From Setoptus koraiensis (Eukaryota > Animalia > Arthropoda), in the NCBI GenBank assembly GCA_048013815.1, contig CM106586.1, forward strand, positions 21,452,001 to 21,516,000: a DNA stretch of 64,000 bases. The letters run 5' to 3'. The notes beneath the pieces are model-generated. The model was not told the origin of the DNA. It saw nothing but the letters and a program-made list of their open reading frames with translations, and ran no database searches. Below, in pieces: positions 46,301 through 61,606 of this stretch (position 1 is the first letter of the stretch; every line of letters begins with the position of its first letter). Made by a program: the position numbers and the translations under genes.

Positions 46301-49300
46301 CGATGCGGGCCCGCGCGGGTGCCTGCACTTGCCGTCCGCTGTTGCGCTCGCTGTCCGCCGTTGCTCGGGCTGACGCTGCTCACGTTACGTCATCGCGGTC
46401 GCTGTTGCGCTGTTGCGTCGTGTCGCCGGTTGCGTGGCGCTTGTTGCGTGGCGCTGGCTGTTGCGTCATGCTCGTCGCAATCGCATGATATGCGCCAACG
46501 TGAGGCGTCCACGGCGCGTCCACGGTGCGCCGTCTGACATGATGCGCCGGCATAAATCAAGCCGCTGTCTGACAGCAACAACAGCGACAGCAACAACAGC
46601 GACAGCAACAACAGCGACAGCAACGGCAACAGTCGACATTTGTCGCTGGCGCGGCCGGCGCGTCGAAGCGCCGTGGCCTTCAATTCGAGTTCGAATTCGA
46701 ATTCGAAGCTCGAAGCTCGAGCGGCGGCCAGCGAATCGCGAGCCAATTTGAATGCGAGCGCCGCCACAAGCACAGTCGTGACTGACAAATCAAAATGACG
46801 CAAGCGCATTCTTTATCACTAGCCTCTAATCTGGTTCGCATATCACTTGACCATCGCGCATGATACTTCTTTGTTCGGCCCATGCATCGTTTTGCATGCT
46901 GCAATACATGCTGTAATAATGCCAAAATCTGTGCATCGTTCTGTTGCTTGCGTCGGCTGTTGCGTCATTTCTCGGCCGCCGCTCCGACGCCGAGCGGCCG
47001 AACGGGCGAGCGGCCGAACATCCGAGCGGCCGAGCGGCCGAGCGGCGCACGAGACGATCGAGACACCGAGCAGACTAACTGATGCCAAATGTAAATGATA
47101 AACTGGCACATTGCGCAACAATGCACAACTTGGCACAAGATCGCGGTTGCGCCGCGCTGCGTAACAATTGGCGAGCGTCGCAAACAATACAAGTCACTTG
47201 TAACAAGTGTGTACAAGTTACGCAATGACGTACGCTCATCATCGTGATTTGCCGCTGATTTGTGCGGCCGCTCGCTGCGCCAATTGGCCTGTTTGGCCAC
47301 CATTTTTGGGCGCCATCCGCCCACCGATTTGGGCGAGACGCGTCTCACCTGAGGCCGCCGGAGCAAGCGCAATGACAGAGGAAGAAGCGCCGAGCCGAAG
47401 AGTGGCGATTGTCTCAGCAACGGCGTCAGTAGGCAAAGGCAAACGCATTGGCACGGCATAAAGACATAAATTCAAATTTGCACGATGACCATCGAGCGGC
47501 CATTTGAATGTGCGCTGCCAGTGTCAGTGTCAGTGTCAGTGTCAGTGTTGTTTGTCACGTTTATTATCTCGCTTTGTTGTTGTTTGTTATTATGTAATGT
47601 TATATAATGAGCGGCAATAAACGCAACACAATACGCACGACGCCGGCTGTTGCTGTTGCTGTTGCGCAATCAGCAACCAGCAACCAGCGGCCAGCAAGTT
47701 CAAGGGCAGCCCATAAAAGCGCTGCTCGTCCCTTTGTTGTCGCTGCTTGTTGCTCGCCATTAATTGACTGCCCCAACCGGTTGCGCAATGCGCCCTCGAG
47801 TGGCCATGCTCACCATTGTCATCGTCAAGACAATCTCCCTCGCCTTCACACTCTCGCCGCGCTCCCTCGCCGTCGCTCCCTCGCCACTAGCGCCACTCAC
47901 AGTGCGAGTCACTCGCCGTGGAGGCCAAGGGAGGCTCGTGCTCCCCTGACGGCGCGAATTCTCTCCGCGAGGGGGCAACAACACGAGAGTTGTGTTGCCC
48001 GTCGCCCTGGCCACTTGCGCCACTCACGGTGCGAGTCACAGCCCGCCAGTCGCGAGTCACTCGCCGGCGAGGCTCGCTCCAACGAACGAGTGCTGCGAGA
48101 TTTATCTGTCACAGCTGATATCCAGTTGCAAATAAGCAGCTCGAAGGGGCCCCATTTCGGCTCGCCTTCGTCTTGCGCTGCCAGCGGCCGGTGGGCCCGC
48201 CTGCCCGACCGACGCTCTTAATGCCGCCGATCCTACGAACGCTGCCAATCCTACGAACGCTGCCAATGCCATGAATGTTGCCAATCCCATGAATGCGACG
48301 GACGCGGCGAACGCGGCGAACGCTCCCTGTCGCAGCACTAAATCGGCGCCCCGGATTCAGTAATAATAATGGGCCCGATTAGCGTCATCTCGGGCTCGTT
48401 GCTCGTGCCGCTTCGTGCAGCGGCAATGTCGTACGATGTAGTTGCCGCCGCCGCCGAGTAGCTTAAACACCGAGCAGCTCGGAGCCGAGTGAGTAATGGG
48501 GCCCGTTGGAGGCTGGCGCGTCGCAACTGGCAACTTGCAGCAACTTGCTTGTTTCAACAGTCTCAACAAGGCCCGTGCCAGTGTGTTAAATTGGACGTGC
48601 TCCGAATATAAATCCTGGCAAAGCACAAATCAAACAGCGACAAGCTCACGCTTGTTTGCGCTGGCCCCACTGCCGACACTGTTGGCCGATACTTTTAGCC
48701 GATACTTTCAGCCGATACTTTGGGCCGATACTTTGGGCCTCGGCTCACACTGCCGGTTGGCGCCGTCGGCCCCAACGAACGCGCCAATAGGCCAAACGAG
48801 CAGCACCCGACAAGCGAACGGGGCCCCACTCACAACAGTGCCAAAACTGTTGTTTCGACATGCCGACGGCAGCGCCAGCAACACCGATATTGGCACTGAT
48901 TAGTGTGCACTCATCTATTGTGTAATTCAGGGCACATAATCAATTTAATTCGCGGCCCTCTAACGGGCGCCCGCTGGTACGCTGCGCACTGGCACGCGTA
49001 TACTCCGGGCACAATACCCGTGTATCAAACACCGTGTACGTACACACTGTTACGCGGTGCCTGGGAGCCGCGCGGGTCTCGCTACCGGCCCGACAGCATC
49101 AGCCCGACAGCGTCAGCCCGACAGCGTCAGCCCGACAGTATCGACCCGACTGCGTCAGCCCGACAGTATCGGGCCGACAGTAGCGGCCCGACGGTATCGG
49201 GCCGCCATCGGACGACGAACAAAATGCGCGATATTACATGGGGTATACATTGGGTATTAATAATGCCGTATTATGTCTGGATATTGCATGTTGTACATCA

Positions 49301-52300
49301 TGTATTATGTATCAGATATAACATGTTGTATGTTGTGTGTATTTGTGGATGGCGGCGGTCGCGGTTTTCGGCCGGCCCGCCGCCGAATATCTGTATCCGA
49401 TCGCTAGTTAGCGAATAGGTGAGGCCCGTTCGCCCGCTAGTGTTGTGACACGGGCCCGCGACCGCATGCAAATATCACGCTGATCGCAATAAATCAGACA
49501 TGCCTGTCGGCCGATTTTTACAACGGTTGGCGGAACCGATTCGCTGGAACCCGCTCGAATCCGCAGCGTTCGAATCTGCAACGTTCGAATCCATTGTCCG
49601 ACTGGCGTGCCAGCGCGATATGATCATATCGCGGCCCCATTAGTGACGCCTAAAACGCAGCCATGAATGCACAAATGTCACCAATGATTTGCCTGCCACC
49701 GAGTTCATAATGTGCGCAATGGCAATCATTGCCAATCAGCGACTGTGCGGCGTGCCGGCCCGCCGACCGGGGGCCCGTCGAGCGCGGGCGCCATTTATTT
49801 GGTTTACATGGCCAAGTTGGCGTGGTGACCGTTGGAGTATTGCGCGCAATTGGGCCCCACTAAACTCATCATTGTGCCGATCAGCGTGCCGATCAGCGTG
49901 CCGATCATTGTTGCGATCGGCGCGCTGGGCGCGGGCCCGCGGCCCGCTTGCGCGCTGCCGGCTCGAGGGCCCGAATTAATTGTGCGTGCGACCAGCGACA
50001 CGGGCGCTTAATGCGCCCCATCGGCCAGCACTTTGCCGGCCGTGCAACGCTGGCCGGCGGGGCCGCGCTGGTTGCCGCTGGGCAGCGGTCATTTTTGCGG
50101 GTTGCGGTCGAACGGTGGCCGCCAGCGGACAAGGCGGCCCCGACGAGGCTCAACTTGAGCCGCTCGCAAGTGACGCAACCGAGGCGGCCCGAGCAGCAGC
50201 GCGCAACACGTCGCGCCCGCTGCCAGCGCGTGGTGAGATTTGGGCCTCTCGCAGGAGTGTGTCACCTCGGGAGGTAGCCCTGTCGGGTCCGCTCTGGCCG
50301 ATTCGTATGCGCTCTGGCCAATCCGTATGCGCTCTGGCCGATTCGGGCCGATTTAGCCCGAGCTCGGGCGAGCCGGCGAGTTCAATGAACTTGGCCCAGC
50401 GAGCGATTGCAGCGGCATCGATCATTAGGGCCGCCGTCGTTGCGTCATTTAGCGCGTGTTGCCGCGTGAGATGTGGCCCGCGGATATTCGGGATTGGCCG
50501 ACGTTGCCGGCCCGCTTGTCGCTGGCGTCCCGCTTGTCGCTGGCGGCCCGCTTGTCGCTGTGGCCGCTGTTGTTGTTGTCGCCGGTGTGGCCGCTGTGGC
50601 CGTTGTCGAGAACAATAACATTAATTAATCATCTACTGCGATGGGGCCCACAGGCGGCCCCCACACGCCGGCCAATCAAAACACTGGCCAAACAACTGGC
50701 CAGTGCGGGCAGCGCGACTCGACACAACGCCAACAACAATGCCGCTAATTAAAGCGAAATCAATTCCGCTGCATTCATACCGAATCGTTGCCATCATTTG
50801 ACTCGCGCCCCCGTATCCATACGCGAATGGGCACTGATTGAGCCGGCCAACTGGCCCCTTTTAACGGATAAAAGCTGGCCGCCGACGCGACAATATCCGC
50901 ACACTGTATACAGTAAACAGTATATTGTATACAGTATATTGTATACAGTGTACGTACAATAAATGAGATATGTGCCAGTTCGTGGGGCCCGGCCGCGTCG
51001 CCGGGCTGGCCCCAATTCGGCCGGCCAGACATGGTCTTATCCGGGCTTATCTTATTATCGTGGGGCCCCCGCCGCTGACGGCCCGCGCACGGCCAGTGGC
51101 GACAATGGCGTCTTGTCGCGCCACTCAAGTATAAATACCAGCAGTTCGCTTGCGATCGCCCGACGGCCAGTGCGACTTCAACAGTGCGGGCTTGCGCGGT
51201 GCCCGCTTAATGCGCATTATATCTCCCGCGGCCGGGTATTACCGGGTACGTGTGACAGTGCGAATATTCAAATGATTGTCGGCCAACGAGCGCGCTGACA
51301 TAACTCAAGAGCCCCCCAACTCGAGCGCTCGAGAGTTATGATTAATGATCACTCGCAATCTTGAGCGCGCCCCTCGCGCTAGCTCAGCCCGACACACACA
51401 CACACACATATCCGAGTGGCAAATATCCGCTCGCCACCCAATTCGGCGAGTCGCGACCCCGTCCGCGCCAATGGCGCCACTATCGCACTATTAGCGCCAG
51501 TGAGTCACTGGCGGGCGCACAATTATAACCGAGTGATTCATTGCGAGTGATTTTAACTCGCTCGCTCTCCCTGCCGGAGAGTCTGTAAAGTTTGCCAGAG
51601 TCTAAACTGCGAAACTGGGCCAGTCAGACAAAAATAGCGTCGTCGCATCGCGCCCGATGAAGACGCTCGGCATGCTTCATTTGGTGCCCAGCCAGAGGGA
51701 AGGGGGCCGGCCCGCGACGCAGCGCAAGCGGCCCACGACCCAGCGCAAGCGACCCCGGTGTCCGTGTGCCCGACGCGCGCCCGCCGCTCGCGCGTCCGCT
51801 GGTCGCGCGAAAGGGTATGCGAGCGTATTGGCGGATATTCGCGGATATCGCCGCTATTCGCGAGATATTCAAATCGAGATAGCAGCGGATTATTGTTGCC
51901 CGCGCGGGCCGGCGGACACATCGTGAGAGAGTCAGTTGGCAGCGCAAAGTCATTGAAGCAAAAGTAACGGGTTTGATATATGGGAATGATAAATTTGCAG
52001 CCAGCGCAAACACAAAAATTTGTCTTTGTTTTTGGGCCAGCGGCGCGGACACATTTGACATTTTTTAGCATGGCCGGCGCTGCTGTCGTCGGTGTTGCGA
52101 GCGGGGGCCGTCATCGCTTCGTGCCCACTGTCGAGCGATATGGGGCCCCTAGCTGTACCAATACCAAAACTAGCGCGCTGGCCGGCCCAGATAACGGCCG
52201 CCAGCGGTGCAGCAATCGTGTGTCGCGAGAGGGGCCCCAGTAATTACGGCCATGATTTAGTGTGCTGTGCGTCGGGGCTCATATATTGGGGCTCAGCGGC

Positions 52301-55300
52301 TCGCGCTCGCCGGGCCCCAATATATATATCATATGTACGCGTATGTGTGCCGTAAATGTCGCACATATACGGCACATATACGCCACATATACGCGATACA
52401 AATATCACATCGCGCGCACATCTTAGCGCGCCGCCTCGGTTATCTCGGGCCGACATACGCCAAATGTCGCCCCAATGGCAACTGTCTAATAATGAGGCCG
52501 CTGCAAGTTTGGGTTCGTGCGCCCCCCTCCCCCCCGCGCGCACACTGGTCACATTGGCACACATAACCAGATATATATATATATATCTGGCGAGTTCTGG
52601 CGAGTCGCCGCAAGGGCCCCGGGTTGCGCTTGGCGGCTCTCGAGCTGCCAGTGCTTATATTTTATATTTGTGTGTGTGTGTGTGTGACGGGGCCCGCCGC
52701 TGCGTGGCGCGCGCACAAGACAGTTTGGTAACTGGTCGCTGTGAGCAGTGGGTGAGTGTGTCGCATGTATGAGACGCTCGGTGGCGCCAGCGCGACATTA
52801 TGGACCAAAAATGATTACGTAATGAGATTATCCGTTATGTGTTGTTTGGGGCCCAAGTGGGCTGCGACGGTGCGTCCGGTCGCGCAATTTGTGTCGCGTT
52901 GCTAACAAACCGCCAGCGCTGGCCTCATCCAGCCCTGTCGAGCCTCGGCCGGCAGTGGCCACTGGCCAGCAATATAAATACAACGGCCAGTAATATTGTA
53001 GCGCGGATATTATATGTGTCGCACAATTGCAGTCATATCCAGACGCACAGCGCCATTGCAAATGCACTGTGCGCGCACGGACTGTGCCGGGGCCCCAAAC
53101 GGGCCCCAAGCTCGGCGTGCATACAACAGTGTATTTGCCAAATACTATTTGGCAGCGACGAAATGCAACCGGCCGACCAATGAAATGTGCGCCCTCTGGT
53201 CGGCGCCAGTTGCGCAATCATGATTGCTTATGTACGGCGACTATACGGCCACAATACGGCGAATATACGGCCGACATGCTGCGAATAAAACGCGGGCTCG
53301 CATCATGCAACCCCGTGTCTAGTCCTAGTTGTGGGGCCCCTCGCCAGTTGGCCAACGGGCCATTGGCGACCGCTGTGGACCGTGCGCCGCTAATGAAATA
53401 TTGTGCGCAAACGACCGTCTGCGATTGTCTGACGGTGCGACTGTCCGATTGTCCGATTGTCACGAGCCCCGAAAACCAAGCCGGCCTCTCGGAACGGACC
53501 CCGAACTCTGGCTGCTCGTGGGCATGTTTGCATGCTAATGTCGCGGTTGCGTCGCATACAAAACGAGATGCAAACAAAGGCCATTTATGCATCGATCAAC
53601 ACGTGATTGTGTGTCGCCGAGGCCCCATTGTCTTTGTGCGCTCATGCCAGCTCTCGGCATGCTGGGCCAGCTCGTGCCAGCTCGTGCAAGCTCGTGCCAG
53701 TTTGCGCCGGCCAACCGTGCTCGTGCCAACCAAAAAAGCGAAACAAAGAGCGATTTGAGCAAGCGAGCAAAAATTGGCAACAATGCTCGTTGTTCTGAGC
53801 GAAACTCGCTCAATGGAATAAATGAACTCGCGCAGTGTTATTTTCCAGTCGCTACTTGCAGTTGTTAAAATCAAGTAACCGCCGGATTCCGGTGGCGAGG
53901 GGCCCGACCGAGCCGGCATAAACGAGCGCTTTAGTGCGGCCTCTGTTCAAAATGCAAATCACAGCCCCCATGGCCGCGGATTAGATCGGCACGCTCATTG
54001 GCGCCGCCGGTGCGAGCTTGCGGCCAGTCCATTTGAATATTTGACGTGGTCGTATGATAGTATTTTCACTATACGTCGTATACTGAAAATATACGTCGTA
54101 TACTGAAAATATACGTCGTATACTATATAAACTATATAAAAGAAAATAGAAAATATACGGGCCCGCTTGAGCATGCGATGCGAGTGGCATTCGCGCGAGG
54201 GGCCCGGCGAGCGACCAGTGCGCCACCTTGGGGCCCGCAGACCGTCCGCTGTGAGTGTGCACTGTCATGCGATAATCTTGCTCACCCGCACCAACAACAA
54301 CCGCGCCAACAACGACAACCGCGCCGACCATCAGGCGCCGTCTGGCGCTCTATTATCCGCTGTCCGCTTGTGTGTGCATCCGGGCCCCACAACGACAATA
54401 TTGTGAATCGCGGGGCCAGCGCCCCCATCTCAAGCGAGCATAAATTAGTGTTTGCTCGCTCGGGCCGCTCTGGGTTCGCGCCACCATCGCGACTGGTGGG
54501 CCTCAGACTACGAGGCTCAGAGGCGCCGCTGCACACAGATATGCACAGATGTGCACAAATATACGCGGATATACGCGGATATACGCAGATATACGCGGAT
54601 ATACGCGCTCGGAGGCTGTCGAAGAGTCGTCGCGCGCGACAAAATTTCGGGCCGGCGCGCGACAACATTACGGGCCGGCTCGCGGCCGGCCCGAAATGCC
54701 CCGAAACAACATTGGCCAGCATATCGCATAATATTGCGCAATATAACATTACGCATACATATATTATATGCGCATTATGTAATATACGCTGCATACTGCG
54801 CGCCGGGGCATACGCGATCGGCAGCCGGTCGCGTTGGCGTTTGCACACTGCCATCGGCTTCATATCGCTATACATGGAGGCCGGCGATATATGGCAACGG
54901 GAGAGGCGCCAGTCGGCGGTGCGGCGTTGCGGCGGTGCCCCGTTCCAAAGACAGAAATGGCAAGACGTATTTTGTTACCTCGGCGGGCCGGTCGCGACGG
55001 GCCGGTCGCTTCGGCGGGCCAACTGGCGCTTGGGCGCCATGTTAAAATGCGGGCCGATCGCATGATGCGCATCGGGCCATTTTAACCCAGGGCGCACCAC
55101 ATATAACAACATAACAGATAGATTGTGCCGGCATAATGGCTATGCCGGCAGCATTACGTAACATGCAGTTACGCGCTCGTCTCAGGCACTGTTATGTAAT
55201 ACAACATTGCACAACAGTGTCACACAAGTGGACGCTGTTGCGTAATGTTGGCTGCCAGTGCTGACAAAACGGCAAACATTGTCAACATCATCAAATTACT

Positions 55301-56261
55301 GTCTGGCACTGGGAGCCGGCAGTAGCGGCAGCGACACGAAATGTCGTTGTCGTCGTTGTTTATTTTTATATTTATGATTATTTATTATCTGTCGCGGCGC
55401 AGTTGCCGTTGTCGCCGGCGCTGCAACAGCGACAACGGCGCGACAGCGGCGACAACGAAGGCACGACAGCGGCCCGACAGCGGCCCGACAACCGCGCCGC
55501 ATCCAGCGACCCCGAGATGCAGATTAAATCGCCAGCCAGCCCCATCGACGGGCCATTTGTACTGCGGGGGCCGGCGGTATCGCTCGGCGAGCAGTTGCGA
55601 CAAATTAACGCTTGATGGGGCGCCGCTGCCGCCAGTTGGCGCGCTCTGATCGGGCCCGATAAGAGGCTCGCCAGCGCTGTTGTTGTCGCCGTTGTCGCCG
55701 TTGTTGCTGTTGTCGGCGTCGCCGTTGTCGCAGTTGCGTAACAATTCGCCTCGGACGCGACTCGGCTGCGGCGCACGATTCGCTGCGAACGCAACAACGA
55801 CGGCCCGTTCGTTCGCGAGTCGCTCCGCCGGCGCGCCTCCCGAAGCGATCGCCGCGAGATGGCCCGTCGAGATAGCGATTGGCGGCGCATCTATTACGCA
55901 ATTGCCACCGTGCGCATAATACACGCCCGCCCAGACCGTGGATTGTCCGTGTTGTCGAAGAGCCGCCGTGTATTATCTTTATTGGCACTCGGCCAATCGA
56001 TTGCCAGTGCAATTTCAATTACACTTGTCGCAGTGGCAAATGCGGACATGTCAATAATTAGCCCGCTAATTAAGCGTCCGCCACTGCGCCCCCTTGACAC
56101 GGTGCCTGTGACGCCCGTACCCCTCAGAGGGCCGCACATCCCGAGCGTCGAGTACAGCGGTACTGTGCCCACTGAGCACTGCTCAGGGCTGCGTACCTCA
56201 TCCAGACCCTGCATTCCAGAGGCCATTTTCGCGCGGAATGCCCCTGAACATGCCATGAACA

Positions 56262-56340
56262 TGCCCTGATTATGCTCCGATTATGCCCTGATTATGCTCC
56301 GATTATGCCCTGATTATGCCCCGGTTATGCCCTGGTTATA
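56262..56340. repeat. 11-bp minisatellite (GATTATGCCCT/GATTATGCTCC)n, ~7 copies
   Basis: Read directly from the sequence. Confidence 0.88.
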
Positions 56341-57271
56341 TGCAGCGCTGGTGGCGAGGCCCGCAGTGGCCCGTTGGCCGACAAGTGCGCCGGTCGCGCG
56401 CCCTCTAGCGCAGGTCACGGCTCGACGGCGGCCGGCCCGCACGCCAACGCGGCCGTCCGATTGCGCTTGATGCCGGCCACTGGCCGCCGTCTCAAACAAT
56501 GAGACGGCGGGGGCGCCGACAGCCGGCGATAATGGGCGACACCGTTACGCCAGTTACTGCAAAATCGACCAAGCAAAATCGCCGGCCTGCCCCAAAGCGA
56601 GTCAGTTGGTGAGCGGACTCGTTGGGGGCGCTCACTGAAATCATAGCTAAAATCATCGACTAAATCACTGACTTGTGAGAGTGAGCGCGCGCCTCTAATT
56701 TGCGCCACTACATTATGAATTCTGCAACTATATATTATGTAACGTTATGTAATACATGTATTATGTAGTACAACGACAATACAATACAATGTGCAGCATC
56801 GCGCCAAGCAGCCAATATATGCATGTATATTTCGCAATATATGCAATATATGTTCGCAAACGAGGGCTGTTGCGCAATTTGAACCATCATCACTTATAGC
56901 GGAATGATGATATTGCGTAACGATATTGCACAACATGCTTGCTTGCTAAATACTTTACACATATTATACATGTACGACTGTTGGCGCCACGTTTGCGATG
57001 GCGCAACGAATTCAATTAGCGGCAAGTGTGATAATGGTTGCGCAATAATTATCGTCTCTGCACTGTTGCTGTCGGGCTCGAGGAGGCGACCTGACAGTGG
57101 CAGCGGCAACAACGGCAACAACAACAACAATAACAACGGCAACAGCAACAGCAACAACAGCAACAACGACGCGGCGTCAGCTGCCGGCGTGTGCAAACTT
57201 ATAAACTATTTGTAAGAGCGCTGGCAATCGAGACGAGTGTTGCGCAACGTTCCGAGCCAAGAATCTGGCCG

Positions 57272-57373
<102 letters not shown>

Positions 57374-58704
57374 AACGCAAATGCCAAATAGCTGAAGCGA
57401 GCGATTGTTTGCAGCGAGTCAGCATGCTAATGATGCGCCCGTCGTGCTCGCATCACCTGCCCGGCGCGTCTGTCGTTGTTGTTGGCTGGCTGGCTGTTTG
57501 CATCAGATTGTTGTAAATTGATTGTTTGTATCAGCCATTGTGTTTGTTACGTAACCCAGGTAACAGTGATGCCGCTTGATGGTTGCATTGCGCAACACGC
57601 TCGCCTGATACCAGTGATACCGGCGCTGGCGCACTGGCCGGCGCACTGGCCGGCGCACTGTAGCAATCAGAATGGGGCTTATGTAATCTGGCTGAAATAG
57701 CCGATGCGCTAATAATAATAATAATAGTAATAATAATAACAACAATAACAGTAATTGGCAGCGCAAACAAGCTGCTTCGAAATATAAACAAACAAGCTCA
57801 TTAGTTTAAAAGGTGCCAGCCTGTCTCGGTGCAGCGCGTTCGGTGCATCGCAGCAAAAGTGTTGCAAGTGTGAAAGATTGCGCCCCATCACGCGATCGCC
57901 GTCATCGCAAGCAACGCAAACAACGCACACACACACACACACACACGGCACCACTGACAGGTGACTCGAGTTACGCAATGGCGTTCGAGCGGCGCCATTG
58001 CGTAACTCGCTGCTGGACGTTGCACGCTGGCTGCCGGCTCGAGGACGTTGGCCGTTCGGCGCTGCACGCCGGCCGCTGGAGACGCTCGAAAATCGCCGCT
58101 GGAATTCTCTAAATCGGCAGCGAGTGCGAGCAACAAATTGATTCTGCGAACGCATTCTTGCGCTCGCTGCAGCGCCTGAGACACACACACACACACACAC
58201 ACCGGCGGCCAATTGAATTCGAATCGAGCTTCGAACGATTCCAACTGGCAGCCCGTTTTTTGCTCGCCTCTTCACACACAACAAACGCACACACACACGC
58301 ACGCACACGAACGAGTGAGCGCAAAAGAACTCACAAGTGTCAGTTGCAACGCAATCGAAGCGTTCGCTGCGAAATTCGAAGGCACGGATTTTTTGCCCGA
58401 CGCTCGCCGTCTCACTCTGACATCATCACGGGACACTGGCTGTGCGCTGCCGAGCGATAGGATTACACTGGCCATTAATGGCTGAGGCAGCATCCGCATT
58501 CCAAATACCTATATATCTATAGATGGACTTATGGCGCTTATTGCGTTACGCAACAATCGACCGAGACTCGCAGAGCCGCGCTTCACGCTGGCCACCAACA
58601 ACAACAAGTGCGCATCCCATGTGACCCGTTGCTCACCTGTCGCGTTGTTTGTTTGTGGCTTGCCCATCTCTTATACCTGTCAGCTGTTTGCCGTCAACTG
58701 TCAA

Positions 58705-58780
58705 CTGTCGGCTGTCCGCTATCAGCTGTTGGCTGTCCGCTATCAGCTGTCGGCTGTCCGCTATCAGCTGTCGGCTGTCA
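58705..58780. repeat. 21-bp tandem repeat (CTGTCGGCTGTCCGCTATCAG)x3-4
   Basis: Read directly from the sequence. Confidence 0.85.
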
Positions 58781-61496
58781 ACCGGCACAGCTGATCACAG
58801 CTACCTGGACAGATTTGTGGAGAGATTTGTGGACAGGTGAGCGGGCGAGCTGGGCGAGCGAAGCCAGCGAACAGTGGCCAAGATGCAGGCAATAAAAGGG
58901 CACAGAATCGCATCGTTTGATGCCTGTTTGATTAGTCAGTTTAATTTCGGTCATTTCAAATGACTCATTTGGTGTATTTGCAACGCACACAGCCAGACAC
59001 TTGCGACAAGTCATTTGGACTCATTGCAGGTCGTTTCAAGTGTGTGTGTGTGTGCCCATAATTTGCACAAGATAATAAAACAATGACGTAATCCCACCAG
59101 CGAATTATTACGTCATCTCGCCTTGCCAAGCCTCTCTCACCTGTGCCAATCTCACCTGTGCCGATCTCACCTGTGCCGATATCTAGTGCCAATGCGAGCG
59201 AAAGTCGCCACAGTGTGTGTGTGAGCCACATATAAATATACTAGCGAGCTAATCATCACTTGATGACCGGCTCTCGCTTCACCACAACCAACCGAACGTT
59301 CGTCTGATGCGGTTCGAGCCACTTCCGGTCCCGTATTATCCGTTATTCATGGCCGGCTATTCATGGCCGGCTATTCATGGCCGCCAAACTGCGCCAAATG
59401 TGCAAACTGGTGCGTGTCTCGGGCCCATCGCCAGCCTGTCATAGTTCACCGGCGTCAGGTGAGTCAGGTGAGTCGCGGACAATGTTGTGACGGCAGCGGG
59501 CGCCCATTGCGGCCCGTGCACAGGCCAGAGTGGGGCGCGTTCGACGGAAGCGTTCGAGGCAGCGCCACTGCGAGCCAATTGGCAGCCCGCGAGTCAAGCG
59601 AGTGTGAATAAACTGGCCCGAATAAAACATCTGTCCGCTCAGTTGAAATGAGTTGAAACGCTGGCACCATGCGACAGTTGACGATGGAATATTTACGAGC
59701 CCGCGAGCTTCTTTTTGCAGCTTCTTTCTCGCTTCTTTCGCTTCTTTCGCTGGCTCGTCGTCGCTTCTTTCGCTGGCTCGCGGTCGCTTCTTTCGCTGGC
59801 TCGTCGTCGCTTCTTTGTCGCTTCTCTTCCACATGAGCGAGCGCTTTTATGCGACCCGCTGCATTGTTAGCTGCCGGTTAGTTACGTAACAATCTAATTT
59901 AGCTCGGCTGTTGTGTCTGCATTACTCACACTGGCGCTGAGAGCTCGCTGCTGGCGAGTGGCGCCCATAACGACTGCATATGAGGCACTTGCCATTGTTT
60001 GTTTGTTTGTTTGCGTTCGTTGTCGTCGAAATGTCCGATGTCTCGACAATCTTGAGCCATCAGCGAGCCCATTTATTTTTGTATAAACGCACGCAGATAA
60101 ACAGAGCCACTGTGAACTTGAGACGCAAGCATTTCCTTTGTCGTCGTGAACGACAACAAACAATTCAAACAATTGAGCTCTCACGTATAATTTGATTCAA
60201 ATTACTTGCATCCCGTCGCGGCGCGTCTCCGCTATTTGCATGCCCAGGCCCGCCACCGATACCGCCTGGCGGCGCCGCATGCAAACACGCCCGACCTTAC
60301 GTAATGGCGGCTACGTGATGGTAGCCGCCAGTTGCGTAATTCAGTCGCCAGTTGCGTAATTCAGTCGCCAGTGGGCCGTTTGTCGTCGCTCGCAGCCCGT
60401 CTCGGTTGCCCAACAAAATCGAGTTACTTGCCCGTCGCGGCTGCTGCGACACCGGAAGCCGGAATGTCCTATCTTGGCTTTATTATCTTGTGCCCGCCGT
60501 TGCCCGTCGGCTCGTTCGCTGGTGCGTCGATTGCGCAATTGTTTGTTTGCTTGTGTCTCGTTTGTGACAACAACGGCGACAACAACGACGGCGACGACGG
60601 CGACGACAGCGCCAACGACCAAACAAATAAACGGATAATGGATGCAGCGAGCAGATTAGCCGCGCCACCTGCGCGATGCTAATCTCGCCGGCGATTTATT
60701 AGCGACAACATATCTGGCCACTCGAATCTAGGTGTCGGTTTCGGCCCGATGGCGGCCGGGTGCCGCTGCCAGCAACGGGACGACACTTGCGAGTTTTTCG
60801 AGTTGCCAACTTGCGCCGGCCCGGCATGAATCATGTCCGCGCCGACGGGCACACGCGAACCGGACGGAGGGGGCATTATTCCGGGGCATTATTCCGGGGC
60901 ATTATTTTGGTTTATTATTTTGGGGCACTATTTTGGGGCATCATTTTGGGCCATTATGGTTTGAGCTGCCGTTTGAGCCGTTGAGCGGTTATTAGGCGGT
61001 CGTGAGCGGCAACAAGAGTCACGCTCGCGACAACGAACGCAAATTCCGTCAAACGGCACTTGTAGGGATTCCCGGCCAGCGGGCCGGACCCGGCCAGCAT
61101 GGGCAGGCCAGCGCCGGCAGGCCCGCATCGACGGCACAATCGCAGCCGGAAGTGGTCGGCTGCCGCTGTGCGTCAGGTGCGCACAGTCATGGGGCCACTA
61201 TGCAGACATTAACTAACACTAACAGTCGGCGCGCCAGATTTGTCATTGGCAGCGGATTATTTTGAATTTAATTTGCAAAATTCGCGCATCTTGGATGCGC
61301 GCATTCCAGATGCGGGCCGCCGTTTGGGGCCCGCATAACCGTCGCACCCCGTGCGTCTGCACAAGATTGATCGGGTCGCGCAGGTGAGGAGGCGACCGGG
61401 GACGCCCATCGCCAGCCGCTGAACTTTGTCGGCCTCTCTGACCGGCGCTCGCTGTTCGGCTCGTTCGGGCCGGCAACTTCCGACGAGTGAGGTTGC

Positions 61497-61606
61497 ACTG
61501 AATTTGCGCTGAATTTTCGCTAAATTTGTGCTGAATTTGAGCTGAATTTGAGCTGAATTTGAGCTGAATTTGAGCTGAATTTGAGCTGAATTTGTGCTGA
61601 ATTTGT
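61497..61606. repeat. 11-bp minisatellite (GCTGAATTTGA)n, ~9-10 copies
   Basis: Read directly from the sequence. Confidence 0.92.

Noticed and set aside
49555-49595. GTTCGAATCC B-box-like motif
   Set aside because: Part of a short local repeat; no A-box or cloverleaf, so not a tRNA.
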